A DNA stretch of 64,000 nucleotides from Octopus sinensis (taxonomy: Eukaryota): positions 97,278,001 through 97,342,000 of the forward strand of contig NC_043000.1 in assembly GCF_006345805.1 (NCBI RefSeq). The letters are read 5' to 3'. This document shows positions 14,255-26,780 of this stretch, in pieces. A program made the position numbers and the translations under genes. The notes beneath the pieces are model-generated. The model was not told the origin of the DNA. It did not search any database and saw only the letters and a program-made list of their open reading frames with translations. The first letter of the stretch is position 1. Every line of letters begins with the position of its first letter.

Positions 14255-14299
14255 TCACTAGACTAGTTTCACCCATTTTATAGGCATCATTGGTAGTGA
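14255..14299 (-). ncRNA. Minimal type I hammerhead ribozyme motif, degenerate core
   Basis: UCACUA-CCAAUGA-U-GCCUA-UAAAA-UGGGU-GAAAC-UA-GUC-UAGUGA. Helix I has 6 bp, helix II is fully pairable, and the core has two substitutions. Confidence 0.65.
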
Positions 14300-14735
14300 C
14301 TACTTAAATGGTCGATGGTTTGGCTAAATCATCTTCCTGTGTATATATGATTTTACCATAACAACGTATGACTGATTTAGTGAAATGCTAATGTGATTTA
14401 ATATAATAATACTGATAATACCTACGAAACAGGCAAAACTAGTCTAGTCTAGTGATTCTAGTGACGGTCAAGGGACGGTTATCTTTTATGTCAGTGTATA
14501 TATTTTGCATTCTTCTTACAGCTTTAAGAGTCTTTAACTCTTATTTCTAGCTTAAGCAAACTCAGTCACATTTAATGACGATAACATTTTTCCGTTACGG
14601 TATTATATTAGGCTTGGCAGTTTATATTAATTTTTAATATACGCATTAGCATTTCGCTAAATCAGCCATAAATTTTTATGGCAAAAATATACATACTTGC
14701 AGACGATTTTGCTAAACCATCGACTGTTTGAGTAA

Positions 14736-14778
14736 TCACTACTCATGATGCCTATGAAATAGGCGAAACTAGTCTAGT
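14736..14778 (+). ncRNA. Minimal type I hammerhead ribozyme motif, G5C substitution
   Basis: ACUA-CUCAUGA-U-GCCUA-UGAAA-UAGGC-GAAAC-UA-GUC-UAGU. Confidence 0.7.
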
Positions 14779-14960
14779 CTACTGATTCTAGGGACGGTAA
14801 GGGGAGGTTATATCTGCTTTCATTATATATATACTGCTCTCTTCTTACAGCATGAAGAATCTTTAGCTTTTATTTCTAATAATATATATGCTTACGCATC
14901 CTCAGTCACATTTAGTGTCGATAAAAATTTTCCTCTATGGAATTTATACTGCGCTAGCTG

Positions 14961-14989
<29 letters not shown>

Positions 14990-15000
<11 letters not shown>

Positions 15001-15190
15001 TAATCCAAATATGAAAACACAAAGAGAAAACACAACAACGCAAGGACGTGGAACAAGTATAGTATTATTGGACGCTCAAGAAAGAAGGAAAGAAGGACGG
15101 TTTAACGTTTCGAGCGGAGCTCTTCGTCAGAAACATAGAAAAGGAAAGATCCAAGGAAGGGAAGACGAAGGACAAAAATCACCAATCTAT
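14990..15190 (-). mobile_element. Penelope-like terminal-repeat fragment
   Basis: Short dispersed repeat built around a hammerhead motif. Its architecture resembles 18395-18590, 21748-21905 and 40192-40395. Confidence 0.55.
15100..15134 (-). ncRNA. Minimal type I hammerhead ribozyme motif, canonical core
   Basis: GUUU-CUGACGA-A-GAGC-UCC-GCUC-GAAAC-GUU-AAAC, with palindromic AACGUU in place of helix III. Confidence 0.65.
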
Positions 15191-15825
15191 GTATGTAGTA
15201 TCTAGAATATATATATATATAATATTATCAAAACCACTATTCAAAACAAACAAGAAAGACTAATCAATACATAAAATTTAATAAATTGACTATTTATAAT
15301 TTTATGTATTGATATCTTTCCTTGTTTGTTTTGCAAAATCTGGTTTTGTCTCAATAATATATATATTTTACTATAAAATTGGATTTAATCCTAAATCTGA
15401 TTTTTTGTAATTTTGGATATATTCCCTAATATTTATTATTTATATATATTAGTATATATTATATATATATATATATATTATGTGAAGGATGTGTGGGTGG
15501 TGGTATGTATGTTTCATGTACGTATGCATGTATGTATGTATCAATGTTGTATAGTGAAGCGAGGGCCTGGGAATTATGCGTTCTGTCGTCTTTGCGAGAA
15601 AAGCATTCTATTTCATGTTGCTCTGCAATCTCTTCGACATGTAACGTGTGGTACAACGTGCACCTAAAAAGGCTGTGTCGATTTAATAGAGAAAGTGACA
15701 CATTTTACCGCACAAACATTTCATCACCAAAAGCAGATAATATGTGGACCTTGTTCAGCATTCCAGCAGATATATAGATATATACATACATACATACATG
15801 CATACATATACACATACATATATAT

Positions 15826-16051
15826 ATTTCTTTACTACCCACAAGGGGCTAAACACAGAGGGGACAAACAAGGACAGACAAAGGGATTAAGTCGACTACA
15901 TCGACCCCAGTGCGTAACTGGTACTTAATTTATCGAACCCGAAAGGATGAAAGGTAAAGTCGACCTCGGCGGAATTTGAACTCGGAACGTAACGACAGAC
16001 GAAATACGGCAACGAATTTCGCCCGGCGTGCTAACGTTTCTACCAGCTCGC
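15826..16051 (-). mobile_element. SINE family B, full length
   Basis: tRNA-like head (TGGTAGAAACG, B-box GAGTTCCAAATTCC), central GAGGTCGACTTTACCTTTCATCCTTTCGGG domain, and 3' end TGTGTTTAGCCCCTTGTGGGTAGTAAAGAAAT. Confidence 0.85.
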
Positions 16052-16056
16052 ATACA

Positions 16057-16087
<31 letters not shown>

Positions 16088-16789
16088 GGCAAGCTTTATG
16101 TACATCCAACGTAACGAGGTTATTGTCTTAGAACACCGAATACAGTGTTATTTGGCTCGAGAGAATCTCTCGTATGGACGCATGTTGCATAAAAGCACTC
16201 ATATTATTGGCAGACGAACATCTACTACGGGTGCCGAAACTGCTAGATTAATGGTTTCACCGTGTTTTGGGCTCCTCAGTGGCAGACATAACAGCTGAAT
16301 CCCAATGTGAACGTTATATAAAATGTCAGTGTTTATTTTAGGTGCTGATGTCACCAATGGTCAACGGGTTTACTAAAAAAAGTAATTAATAGCAACTGAA
16401 GCAGTATTAACATTGAGATTCAGCTGTAATGTCGATACCGGACATCTGCCACTGATGAGCCAAAGCAGGGCGAAATCTCGTGATTTGGCAGTTTCGCTGC
16501 CTGTAGCTGACTATTCTCGTCTGCCAACGATGTGTGCGTGTGCGTGAGTGTGTGCGTGCGGGCGCGTGTACGTATTTGTGTGTATGTGTACGTAAATGTC
16601 GAACATGAAAATGAGTGCTCGACACAGCATTGGTGGATGAAATTTCTTTATTTGTGAATTAAGGTTATCGTTGGTTTCATGTTAAGAAAAATAGAAAAAT
16701 ATCTTAATATCTTAACAATTTTTCAAGCCGATCACATGGAGGAATTGTGTTTGTGTCCATTTTGGATAAAAACACAAAGTCTAATTTTA

Positions 16790-17235
16790 GTTTGCGATAG
16801 ATACTATCCCGCTGGCTAGGTGATCTGGCCAACATTCCTCCTGAACAGAAGGCCACTCCGTCGCAGGGCTTACCATTTACTGTTGAGTGCACTGGAGCAT
16901 CGTGAAATGAAGTGTTTTGAGCAAGAACACAACGCAAAAGGACACAACGCACAAGGACAAAATGCGCAAGAATACAACGCGCAAAACCTAGTGGGTTGAC
17001 GGGTTGCACACGCAATCTGGAGATAGTCGTTTCGAATCCCAGACCCGCTGCGCGTTGTGTTCTTGATGCTCCAATCTACTCAGCTGTATATTGGTAATCT
17101 GGCCACGGAATGGCCTTCCATTCAAGGAGAATGTTGGCCAGATCGCCTAGCCAGCAGGGTAGTGTAATTAGAAGAGTAAAACAATACAAAGCGCATTATA
17201 ACCAGTAATGTATAACAACATCCGATAGCCTGGTT
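16790..17235. mobile_element. Two SINE family C copies in inverted, head-to-head arrangement
   Basis: 16803-16860 is the approximate reverse complement of 17107-17164. A tRNA-like B-box GTTTCGAATCCC lies at about 17030. Confidence 0.7.
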
Positions 17236-17626
17236 GATCACGATCACGTGATATATAATGCACAAGGGAAATTAAATATTAGAAAGCCTTGCTGTGAGCG
17301 AAATAACTAAAATGTAAACATATCCCTTCTATATTTGTTCAGAAAAATAGAGGGGAGTCTTTTGAACGTAATTCGAAGATGGCCAACTCAACTTAATTCC
17401 ACGATTTGTAACATAGAATATTCATCAGCCATGTAAAGCAGCTATAATGAAGCGATCACTGTGTAGAGTGACTTCATTTGCATAAATGGGCTTTTGACGA
17501 CTCATCATTGATAAAGCAATAGCATATATTTTATGCTCAAAACAGCGTGATATATTTCAGCCCTTCATACATTTATGCATATACATAAGTATGCAAATAT
17601 GAAAGCTATATATACTGAAATATATG

Positions 17627-17778
<152 letters not shown>

Positions 17779-18321
17779 TATACGTATATGTATATTTACA
17801 TATATATATATATATAATATATATATATATATGTATGTATATATATACACACATACACATACATACGTGCGTACGTACGAACATACATACATACATACAT
17901 ACATACATACAAACATACATACATACATACATACATACATACACACATACATTCATACATACGTGTATATTTATCATGCCCATTCATGTTTTATAGCTAT
18001 TTTCATTTTCATCTAATAAACATATAGGGCGTTCATGATTGTGACAGGAAAAACATTGTTGTTTTTATTGCTCTTGTTTTTGTTGTTGATGGTGATCATA
18101 GTGGTAGTAATGGTGGTGGCGGTATTGGCAGTGGTGGGTGAAGGTGAGGGTGATTATAATGATATTGATGGCGATACTTGTGGTGCCACTAATATGCAAA
18201 CAAAAAAAATAATAAAAATACCAATAGCTTCATAAAAAAGCATGATTTTCATTGTAATATGTTTATTAAATGTGTTAATCTATGCACGAACGCACACACA
18301 CACACACACATAGCAAATTAC

Positions 18322-18359
<38 letters not shown>

Positions 18360-18394
18360 GTGTGTGTAAATAAGATCCAGTGTAACTATATATA

Positions 18395-18590
18395 TAACGG
18401 GAAAGTTTACGAAAATAAACAAAAGACGAAGGCAGGTGGAGTACAAACAAACAAATGTATTAGTATAGTGCTCAGGAATAGAAATAGAAAAAGTTTTTTT
18501 ATGTTTGGAGCCTACGCTCTTCGACAGAAAGATACACAGAAAAAAACAAGGAGAGAAAAAAATGCGTGTAGGAGCTAACGATCTATCATG
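18395..18590 (-). mobile_element. Penelope-like terminal-repeat fragment with degenerate hammerhead motif
   Basis: Homologous to 21748-21905 and 40192-40395 (GAGCCTACGCTCTTC core). Confidence 0.55.
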
Positions 18591-18934
18591 GCGTCCTTTG
18601 CTTCCATAGAAGATATCTATATTGCTTACCTCTCTATCAACCTTATCTAAAAAATATAGGCGTATATTCATATATATAACCATATATGTATATGCGTGTG
18701 TGTGTGTATGTGTTTATATGTATATATGCATACCTACAAATACATAGGTGTATGTTGTCTTATGTACAGCACTGCATGAAGCAGAGGGTCGGAAAGAAAA
18801 CTAAATAACCTTGCTGTGACAGAAATATTTAAAATGTAAACATATTCCTTCTATGTAAAGCAGGAACAGAGAATAGGAAATCTTCTGACTGCTCTATCGA
18901 GGTAACCTATACGATTTCCAATACCACGGAATAT

Positions 18935-19140
18935 TTGGCTACAATTTAAAGACGGACGAAGTGCTACAAAGCAATTTGTCCGGTGTGCTAAGGATTCTGC
19001 CAGCTTGCTGCCTTAAAGAAAGAAAGGTAAAGTCCACGTCTGCGGAATTTGAACTCAGAACGTAAAAACATGCGAAAATTCCGCTAAGCATTTTGCTCAG
19101 CATGCTAGCAATTCTGCTAACTCGCCGCTTTATTCATTAC
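18935..19140 (-). mobile_element. SINE family B partial copies
   Basis: GGAATTTGAACTCAGAACGT and head sequences match 15826-16051. Confidence 0.7.
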
Positions 19141-19654
19141 TTACAATATTAGTAGATACATATCGAACCGATCGTTAGAAAGCGAAATACTTCAATAAAG
19201 GTGTTCCATAATATATTAAAATCCCACGCAAAAATTATTTAAACAGCATGATGAAATATCAAACAATGAATAAATAGAAATAACAAGTAATCTGCTTTAA
19301 TCCTACTCATAATTTAAAAGCATTTGCAAATGTAGTAAGTGTTACTCATATGATTGAAGAGAATACATTTTCACACTGTATCCAATTATCGCTAAATCTT
19401 CAATAAAACATCTATTACGTTTAGCTACAGATGTGAAGAAAATATAGGACTACAATCTCGAAGCAAAACTAAATATTCATAAATACCATACGAGCAAGCT
19501 TACCTGAATGTAGTTCTATAAACATCACTAGCTGCTCACGAGAGAAAAAGAAAAAGTCAATCGAAAGAAATAGTATACAGTGCAGACGTAGAATTATTAA
19601 ACGGTAAAGTCCTAAATCTGATTAACTGCAAACATTTCTAAAGACACACACACG

Positions 19655-19713
<59 letters not shown>

Positions 19714-20434
19714 CACACCCATTCCTTTTGATGCAAAAAGTAAGAAAAAATTTACCTCACCTTCAAAGTAATGTTTTAAGGGAGAAAGAACACAATTTTA
19801 CAATTAATTGTAATTTTGTTCTGAAAGCAAATGAATAACTGTTGCCATATATATACAATCAACAATGTTAAGATCCTCACCCAGTCGGTGATATCATGAA
19901 TATAGAAGAAACATTTCTTTTTTCTCCCCTTGAAACCCAGCGAGCTTTTATGAAGCAAACTGGAGTGAGTTACTCACTACTCAATACTTAAACCAGAATG
20001 TGAATTTATATTAAGTGCGGTTCAGCCGTGACTCTTAAGAAGAAAATTCCCTCTTATTTTACGATAATTATTATACAGTTGCAAATCTAAGCCTTACGCC
20101 ATTTCGGTGAGTTTCACGTGGCTTATCTTAACTAATAACCAGTGATCAGCTGGCGTTATCATTTCATACTCGGGTAATTTCTTCTATTACGTCTCAACCA
20201 TTTACCATCTCCTCGATACAGAAATTGTGAAACTCAGAGTAACAGTACGAGATTCAAAGTAAAATATATTACATATATATATAAATAAATTCAATTAGAG
20301 GGTGTGTTAACCTCATGAAGTGATGGTTTCATCCAAGAAAACACTGGTTCACTACCTAGTATTTGGGGGGAATTATATATGTATATATTCATTTATATAC
20401 ACATACACGTACGTATACATATATATATATATAT

Positions 20435-20519
<85 letters not shown>

Positions 20520-20550
20520 TATTATTATTATATTATTATTATATTATTAT

Positions 20551-20614
<64 letters not shown>

Positions 20615-20622
20615 TATATATA

Positions 20623-20657
<35 letters not shown>

Positions 20658-21076
20658 TATAATATTTATATGGAGAAGCAGATATATATACTCAGACATA
20701 TACACACGCGTATATATATAAACCTATATAAAAGTGCAGACGTGTATATTTATGTGCGTGTGTATCTGTGCGTATGTCTAACGTTTGCGTAGTTGTGTGC
20801 GTACAGCAGATGTCTGTTAAGAAGAAATGCGCTAACGTCAACATTTATTGAATTTTCATGCGATAAGTCTGCGATAATGTGATAACTATTTAACAAGTAA
20901 CAATTTCAAATTGTAATTCAAATACAATTTAGCATGTTTTTCTCATTTATGCTCTTTCTATATATACGTGTCTTTGTGTGTGTACGTTTGTGATTCACTA
21001 TGTGTGCGTATATGCATGCGTATGTGTACGTATACATTTATACATACCTACATACATACATACATACATACATACA

Positions 21077-21160
<84 letters not shown>

Positions 21161-21386
21161 TATATATATGGGATGTCTGGAGATGCTTCACCTATATTGT
21201 ATTCATGTAAATTATATCACTTTATGCATGATTTGTATACTTTGGTAAACATATTTGCTGTGGCTTGTATAATTTTCTTTGTGTCGGCAAGATATATAAT
21301 CTGACATACTATCTTCTCTCTCTCTCATATACACACACATATACATTTATAAATGTATATACACACACAGACGCACAAACACATAG

Positions 21387-21456
<70 letters not shown>

Positions 21457-21747
21457 TTCAGTTTATATTTCTTAGTGTTTGTTTGAGAGTGCGTGCATAT
21501 ATAATGTTATGCTTTTCTAAGAGATATTACCGCTATAATTAATTCTTTCATGTCAGTTAACTTCTTCATGCCGCCTATAAACACGCGCATATCTTACAAT
21601 AGAATATTTGTACATTACACACACACAATTACATATGTGTGTGAGTAGGTGTGTGTGTGTGTATCTGTGCGTTTGTTTGCAAATAGGTAGGTACATATTT
21701 GTGTAGATATGTATTTATATATGTATGCTGACGTGTATGTGTATATG

Positions 21748-21905
21748 TAGTTGAAATCTACAGAAAAACAGAAGACGAAGACAGGTGTATAAACAACAAG
21801 CAGGTGTATTAGTTTGACGCTCGAGAAGATGAGAAGGTCTTTTACGTTTCGAGCCTACGCTCTTCAGCAGAAAGGAACACGATGAAATAAACAGAGAGAA
21901 AACAT
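21748..21905 (-). mobile_element. Penelope-like terminal-repeat fragment
   Basis: Dispersed repeat starting AGTTGAAATCTACAGAAAAAC on the plus strand. It recurs at 24452 and 40192 and carries a hammerhead-like motif. Confidence 0.6.
21839..21874 (-). ncRNA. Minimal hammerhead-like motif with non-A at position 6
   Basis: CUUU-CUGCUGA-A-GAGC-GUAG-GCUC-GAAAC-GUA-AAAG. Confidence 0.5.
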
Positions 21906-22147
21906 ACTCACAAACACATACACACACACGCCCACCACACACACACTCACATACACAACTGTATGCTCGTTCGTACAAGCAACAAAGAGAAAAGAGTGAT
22001 CTCGATGTTAAAATTGAAGTGAAGTATCAAATTTTATTTGAAGCTAAAAACTTTAGAAAGCGTTTTACGTTTCGATCTACGTACAATATTCAGAAGCATG
22101 AAACTACAAGTAGCCTCTTTAAGGATTACGGCTATCACACACACATA

Positions 22148-22240
<93 letters not shown>

Positions 22241-22251
22241 ACGTGTGTATG

Positions 22252-22415
22252 TACGACGAAATTCTTTCAGTTTCACTCTACCATATCCACTCACAAGGGT
22301 TCGGTCTCCTGAGGCCATAGCAGAAAACACTTGCCCAAGGTTTTACACAGTGGGACTGAACCTAGAACAGTGTAGTTGGGAAGCAATTTTGTTACTACAC
22401 AGCCACCCCCACGTC
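22252..22415 (-). mobile_element. SINE family A, 5' half
   Basis: Head and CORE-like body, adjacent to (GT)n. Confidence 0.75.
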
Positions 22416-23369
22416 TGACATTGTAAGAGGCATTACACGAATAAATTATATTAAAAACCAGAAAAGATGGATAAAGGAATGTATCTACATGTTTTAAAAT
22501 ATGCTACCGGTTTCAAATGCTTTAAGAAGACTATTCTTGTGGAAATAAAAGGAAGAAATAAATTGAAATGAATTATATCGAATTAATTTTTTACAATTAA
22601 TTAATTTTTTACAACTAATTAGTTTCTCAATTAATTGCAATTCCGGGAGTTCTCACTTTTTTTATTATTTGTTACAAAAATCAAATGGTGCTGGGATTTC
22701 GTTTCCTTTTGATTGTTACTTGAACAATTGATTGTTTCCTTGGTTCGGTCAGAAGATCTAGTGATACCAACACCTGCAGGTGCTGGGGCAGTGGCAGCAT
22801 CAGTAGCAGCAGTAGTAGTAGCAGCAGCAGCAGCTGTTGTTGTTTGGCTTTATGTCGAAAAACCAAATCCAGTCGTGACCCTTCCGCGCTGTATTAAGAC
22901 GGTAAGACCATGCACAGGAATGTTCCTTTTGTTTAATTTTAATCTAGCGGTTCTTAAACTAATATGAGACCTCCACCAAAATATTATTGGTTTATTTTTC
23001 TGACCACACCCCACATTCGTATCTGAGTTAACAAAATAAGTTCCGATCCATATAATTATTTCTTCTTTGTGGTGTTAAGCAAGATTACAAGTTGAAAACC
23101 ATGCTGAGTTTATCAAACATAGCAATTTGTCAACATTCATTTTACTTCTTAAAGCGCATTCATTCTATTTCTTAAGCCACTTCTCTACTTTCAGCACTAT
23201 GAGAAACACCTGTTTAATACCCCACAACTGAGGTATGATTACGCCGATAGTTCATTACAGTTTTTAGTTTGTCAATCAACTTTCTGAGTCACAGGCTTAT
23301 AAAGCCGTTTTACTGGATCCTGTGGCGTTTATATTCCCCGCTACCACCATCACCATCACCACGCTCACT

Positions 23370-23503
23370 GGACGGGACGCTGAATAGACTGAACAACATG
23401 GAATGAAATGTTTTGCTCAAGGACATAACGTATCGCCCAAGAATCGAAACCTCAGTCTTACAATCAAAAGTGCGACTCTGCAACCAATAGGCCACGCTTC
23501 TCC
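23370..23503 (-). mobile_element. tRNA-derived SINE (family C-like) fragment
   Basis: A-box TGGCCTATTGG, B-box GGTTTCGATTC, then CORE-like GTCCTTGAGCAAAAC. Confidence 0.65.
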
Positions 23504-23596
23504 ACTCTGTTTGTCATTACATTGCTCTTTTTCAGCAGTGTGTAGCACATGGCGATATTTCTGCGGGGTGTAGCAGTAATTCTAACAAATCGAAGT

Positions 23597-24000
23597 ATTA
23601 TATTGGTTTTAAATTTAGGCACGGGGCCAGCAATTTTGGAGAAGCGGGTAAGTCGATTAAATCGAACCCAGTGCTCAACTGGCACTTGTTTTATCAACCC
23701 CCAAATGATGAAAAGCAAAGTCAACCTCGATGGAATTTGCACGCAGAACGTAAGGAAGGACAAAAGATTTTGCTAAACCTTTTGTCCGGCGAGCTTACGA
23801 TATTCTTTTCTACTCTGAGCACAAGGCCCGAAATTTTGGGGGAAGAACCCCAGTACGCAACTGGTACTTATATTATCAACCCAAAAAGGATGAAAAGCAA
23901 AGTCAACCTCGGCGGAATTTGCACGCAGAACGTAAGGAAGGACAAAAAATGTCGCTAAGCCTTTTGCCCGGCGAGCTAACGATATTGCCAGTTCACCATC
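23597..24000 (-). mobile_element. Two tandem SINE family B copies sharing diagnostic mutations
   Basis: Both carry AAAGCAAAGTCAACCTC and ATTTGCACGCAGAACGTAAGGAAGGACAAAA, suggesting a local duplication. Confidence 0.75.
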
Positions 24001-24594
24001 TTTAGGCGATGTATGATACTGAGGCCTTCAGAGTCAAGTTCGCTTCTCGTGGACTAAGCAGTTTAATTCTGATATTTTCTATTTTTCTATATGTTACATG
24101 ATATAACTGATTAGTACTAAAGTGTTATGGTTGCTGATGGCACCTTGATTACTGTCGCCATCGTTTGGTTGCCATCTTTGTTATTGTTGTTGTTTCTTTT
24201 ATTGACGTATTTATTTTCATTGTGCTGATTCTGTTGTTTCGTTTCATATTTCCTCGCCATTTTTTCTATTACTTATTTTGGTCGTCAGACTTTATTATTT
24301 GTTTGGTTTGTCTGATTCTTCTACACAAACACACACTTCGTTTCCTTTTGATTGTGTGTGCGTGTGTTTTTTTTTGTTTGTGTGTGTGTGTACGTGCGTA
24401 CATATGTTCCTATGTATTTATATATGTATGCTGACGTGTATGTGTATATGTAGTTGAAATCTACAGAAAAACAGAAGACGAAGACAGGTATATAAACAAC
24501 AAAGCCGTTTTACTGGATCCTGTGGCGTTTATATGTGTCTGAGGGGGATCACGTGCGCTAGCATTTGTGTGTGTGTGTACATACGTATGTATTG

Positions 24595-24745
24595 CGATCG
24601 AGTGGCTGAATCGTTAGAGCATCGTGCAAATGCCTTGCGATTGCTCTACTTCGTTGTTCTGAGTTCAAACCTTGTCGGGGGTTATCTTTTACCCTTCCAA
24701 GTTCATTTTTAACCTTCTAAAGTCGATAATATAAAGTACAAGTGA
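24595..24745 (+). mobile_element. SINE family B, diverged
   Basis: Head with GAGTTCAAAC B-box and the GTCGATAAT..AAAGTAC domain. Confidence 0.6.
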
Positions 24746-25259
24746 TGTACTTCAATTCCCACCTAAACCACTAACTCTGTCTTCTGTCTCTCTTTATGCC
24801 CCCCTCTCTCTTCCCACTCTCTCTCTCTTTTACAGAATCAGGTGTACTTTACTGTGTAAACGATGTGGAGGACCACTCTGAGTATTCCGCTCCTCCAAGA
24901 CAACCACATAACCACATCCAATCTACCGCAGTGAAAGAATATGGTTGCAAAGAGTGTGTAAAAAATGTCACTAGATGACAATGACATGTGTCTATATATG
25001 TGTTTGTATGAATGTAGATATGCGTGCGTACATTTATACACACATATATATATATACTCACATATACAATATATGTGTGTGATTGTGTATGTACGAATAA
25101 ATATGTTTGTATGTATATTTTATATATGTGTTTATGTATGTGTATGTGTATGTATATATGTCTGTGTGCATATGTGTGAGAGACAAAAATATATAAATGT
25201 GTATTAAATAAATTAATCAATGTCATGTGTAGTTACCTGAGTGTGTATATATGTGTGTG

Positions 25260-25292
<33 letters not shown>

Positions 25293-26039
25293 GCATGTGT
25301 GAGTTAGAGTGTATGTGTGTAGAGGTGTAGAGGGAGAGAAGAAAAACAGAAAGGTGGAATATGTGAAGTGTGTATGTGTGTGTGTGTGAGTGTGCGTGTG
25401 TGTATCTGTATGTGTGTGTGTGTGCGTCTGTGTGTGTGTGTTTGGGTTAAACATAAATTGTCCGGTACATTTTATCGATTAGCTTCTATTATTAAACAAA
25501 CAAATATATGTTTCCCTCCAGGGAATGTTGCGTCAAAAACGAAATGTCAAACTCCTGTGACCCTGATATTTTAGATGTTTTAAATTACTTCAGTCCCTCT
25601 CTCCTTCTCTTTCTTTCTCTCCCCTTCCTCTGTCTCTTCCCTCAATCGTCTTCCTCTCTCTCTTCTCCCCAACTCCTTCCGCCTCTCTCTCTTTTCTCTC
25701 TCTCTCTCAAATTTCTTTAATTCTTTTACCAACTGATATTGAGACGCAGAGTTTTTAGCTCCAGTTACAAACAAGAACGAACATTATCTTTGGTTATATG
25801 AGCTATCGAGGGAGCATCTGCGTGGTCGCTTAGCATGCTAAAAATCGTAATCGAATAACCCTCAAATCATATTACCTTCTTTAAAAGGGGAATGAGATAT
25901 TGCTTGAAAGGTGCTCCTATATCTTTCATTGTTTCTACCGTTCGACAGCGGCCATACTAGGGCACCGCCTTGAAATCGACCTCGGTATTTATTATTTTGA
26001 ATTCTGGTACTTATTTAAAGTTAAAGTTAAAATTAATTT

Positions 26040-26640
26040 TTTGGCTCAAAAAGCAAAAAGCAAGGCCATGTAGGGGGACATGGAGTTGTGTACAGGGAGG
26101 GTGTTCATGCAAAGAGTTCAGGCCTTTTCTGGTCAAGAGAAACTTTGAACCGAGCGGTCGCCGGCATCTTCACTATCTCGTCCGGCAGCTTATTCCACGG
26201 ATCCGTAACCCGGACGGAGAAAGCACCTCTCCTTCGATTGAGATGAAATCGTCGCAGATAGAGCTTTTCGGAGTGACCCCGCAGCCGACGCTCTGGAGCA
26301 GGAGTGAAGAACAGCTCTTTCGAGAGGTTACACTTTCCGCTTATGATGTTGTGAGCAAGAATGAGATCACCACGGCGTCGTCGTTTTTCTAGAGAATAAA
26401 AGTCGAGCGTCTTCAACCTTTCTTCATAAGACAAATGCTTGAGACCAAGAACCATGCGGGTAGCCAGCTTCTGGACTCTTGCGAGATGATGTATGTTTTG
26501 AGGAGATAAGGAGAAGAGGCTTGAATCCCGTACTCCAATATGGGTCTCACCAGCGTGACATAGAGCGGTAGGAATATGGCTGCTGTGAGCATTCCGAATG
26601 ACCGTCGAATCAAAAACAGAACTCCGCGTATTTAACCGAT
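26040..26640 (-). mobile_element. CR1-clade LINE, 5'-truncated 3' fragment
   Basis: ORF2 C-terminal motifs LYVTLVRPILEY, LSYEERLK, SLEKRRRRGDLI, LRGHSEKL, FSVRVTDPWNKLP. Confidence 0.88.
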
Positions 26641-26734
26641 ATCTTGTGCAGAAAAGCTAAGTTACGGAGATGTAAACAAACCAACACTAGTTGTCAAGCG
26701 GTGTGGGGTAACAAAAACAGATCCCTATACATAC

Positions 26735-26772
<38 letters not shown>

Positions 26773-26780
26773 TTATATCT

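Larger units (their letters stand above)
14125..14950. mobile_element. Cluster of three copies of an approximately 300-bp Penelope-like repeat (one inverted, two tandem), each with a hammerhead motif
   Basis: 14125-14395 is the reverse complement of 14640-14945, and 14405-14595 is a 5'-truncated direct copy. All share GAAACTAGTCTAGT, GGTTAT, TTCTTACAGC and CTCAGTCA blocks. Confidence 0.7.

Noticed and set aside
16225-16295. CUGAGGA...GAAAC on the minus strand, possible hammerhead
   Set aside because: There is no NUH triplet in register, and helices I and II are weak. At most it is a badly decayed copy.
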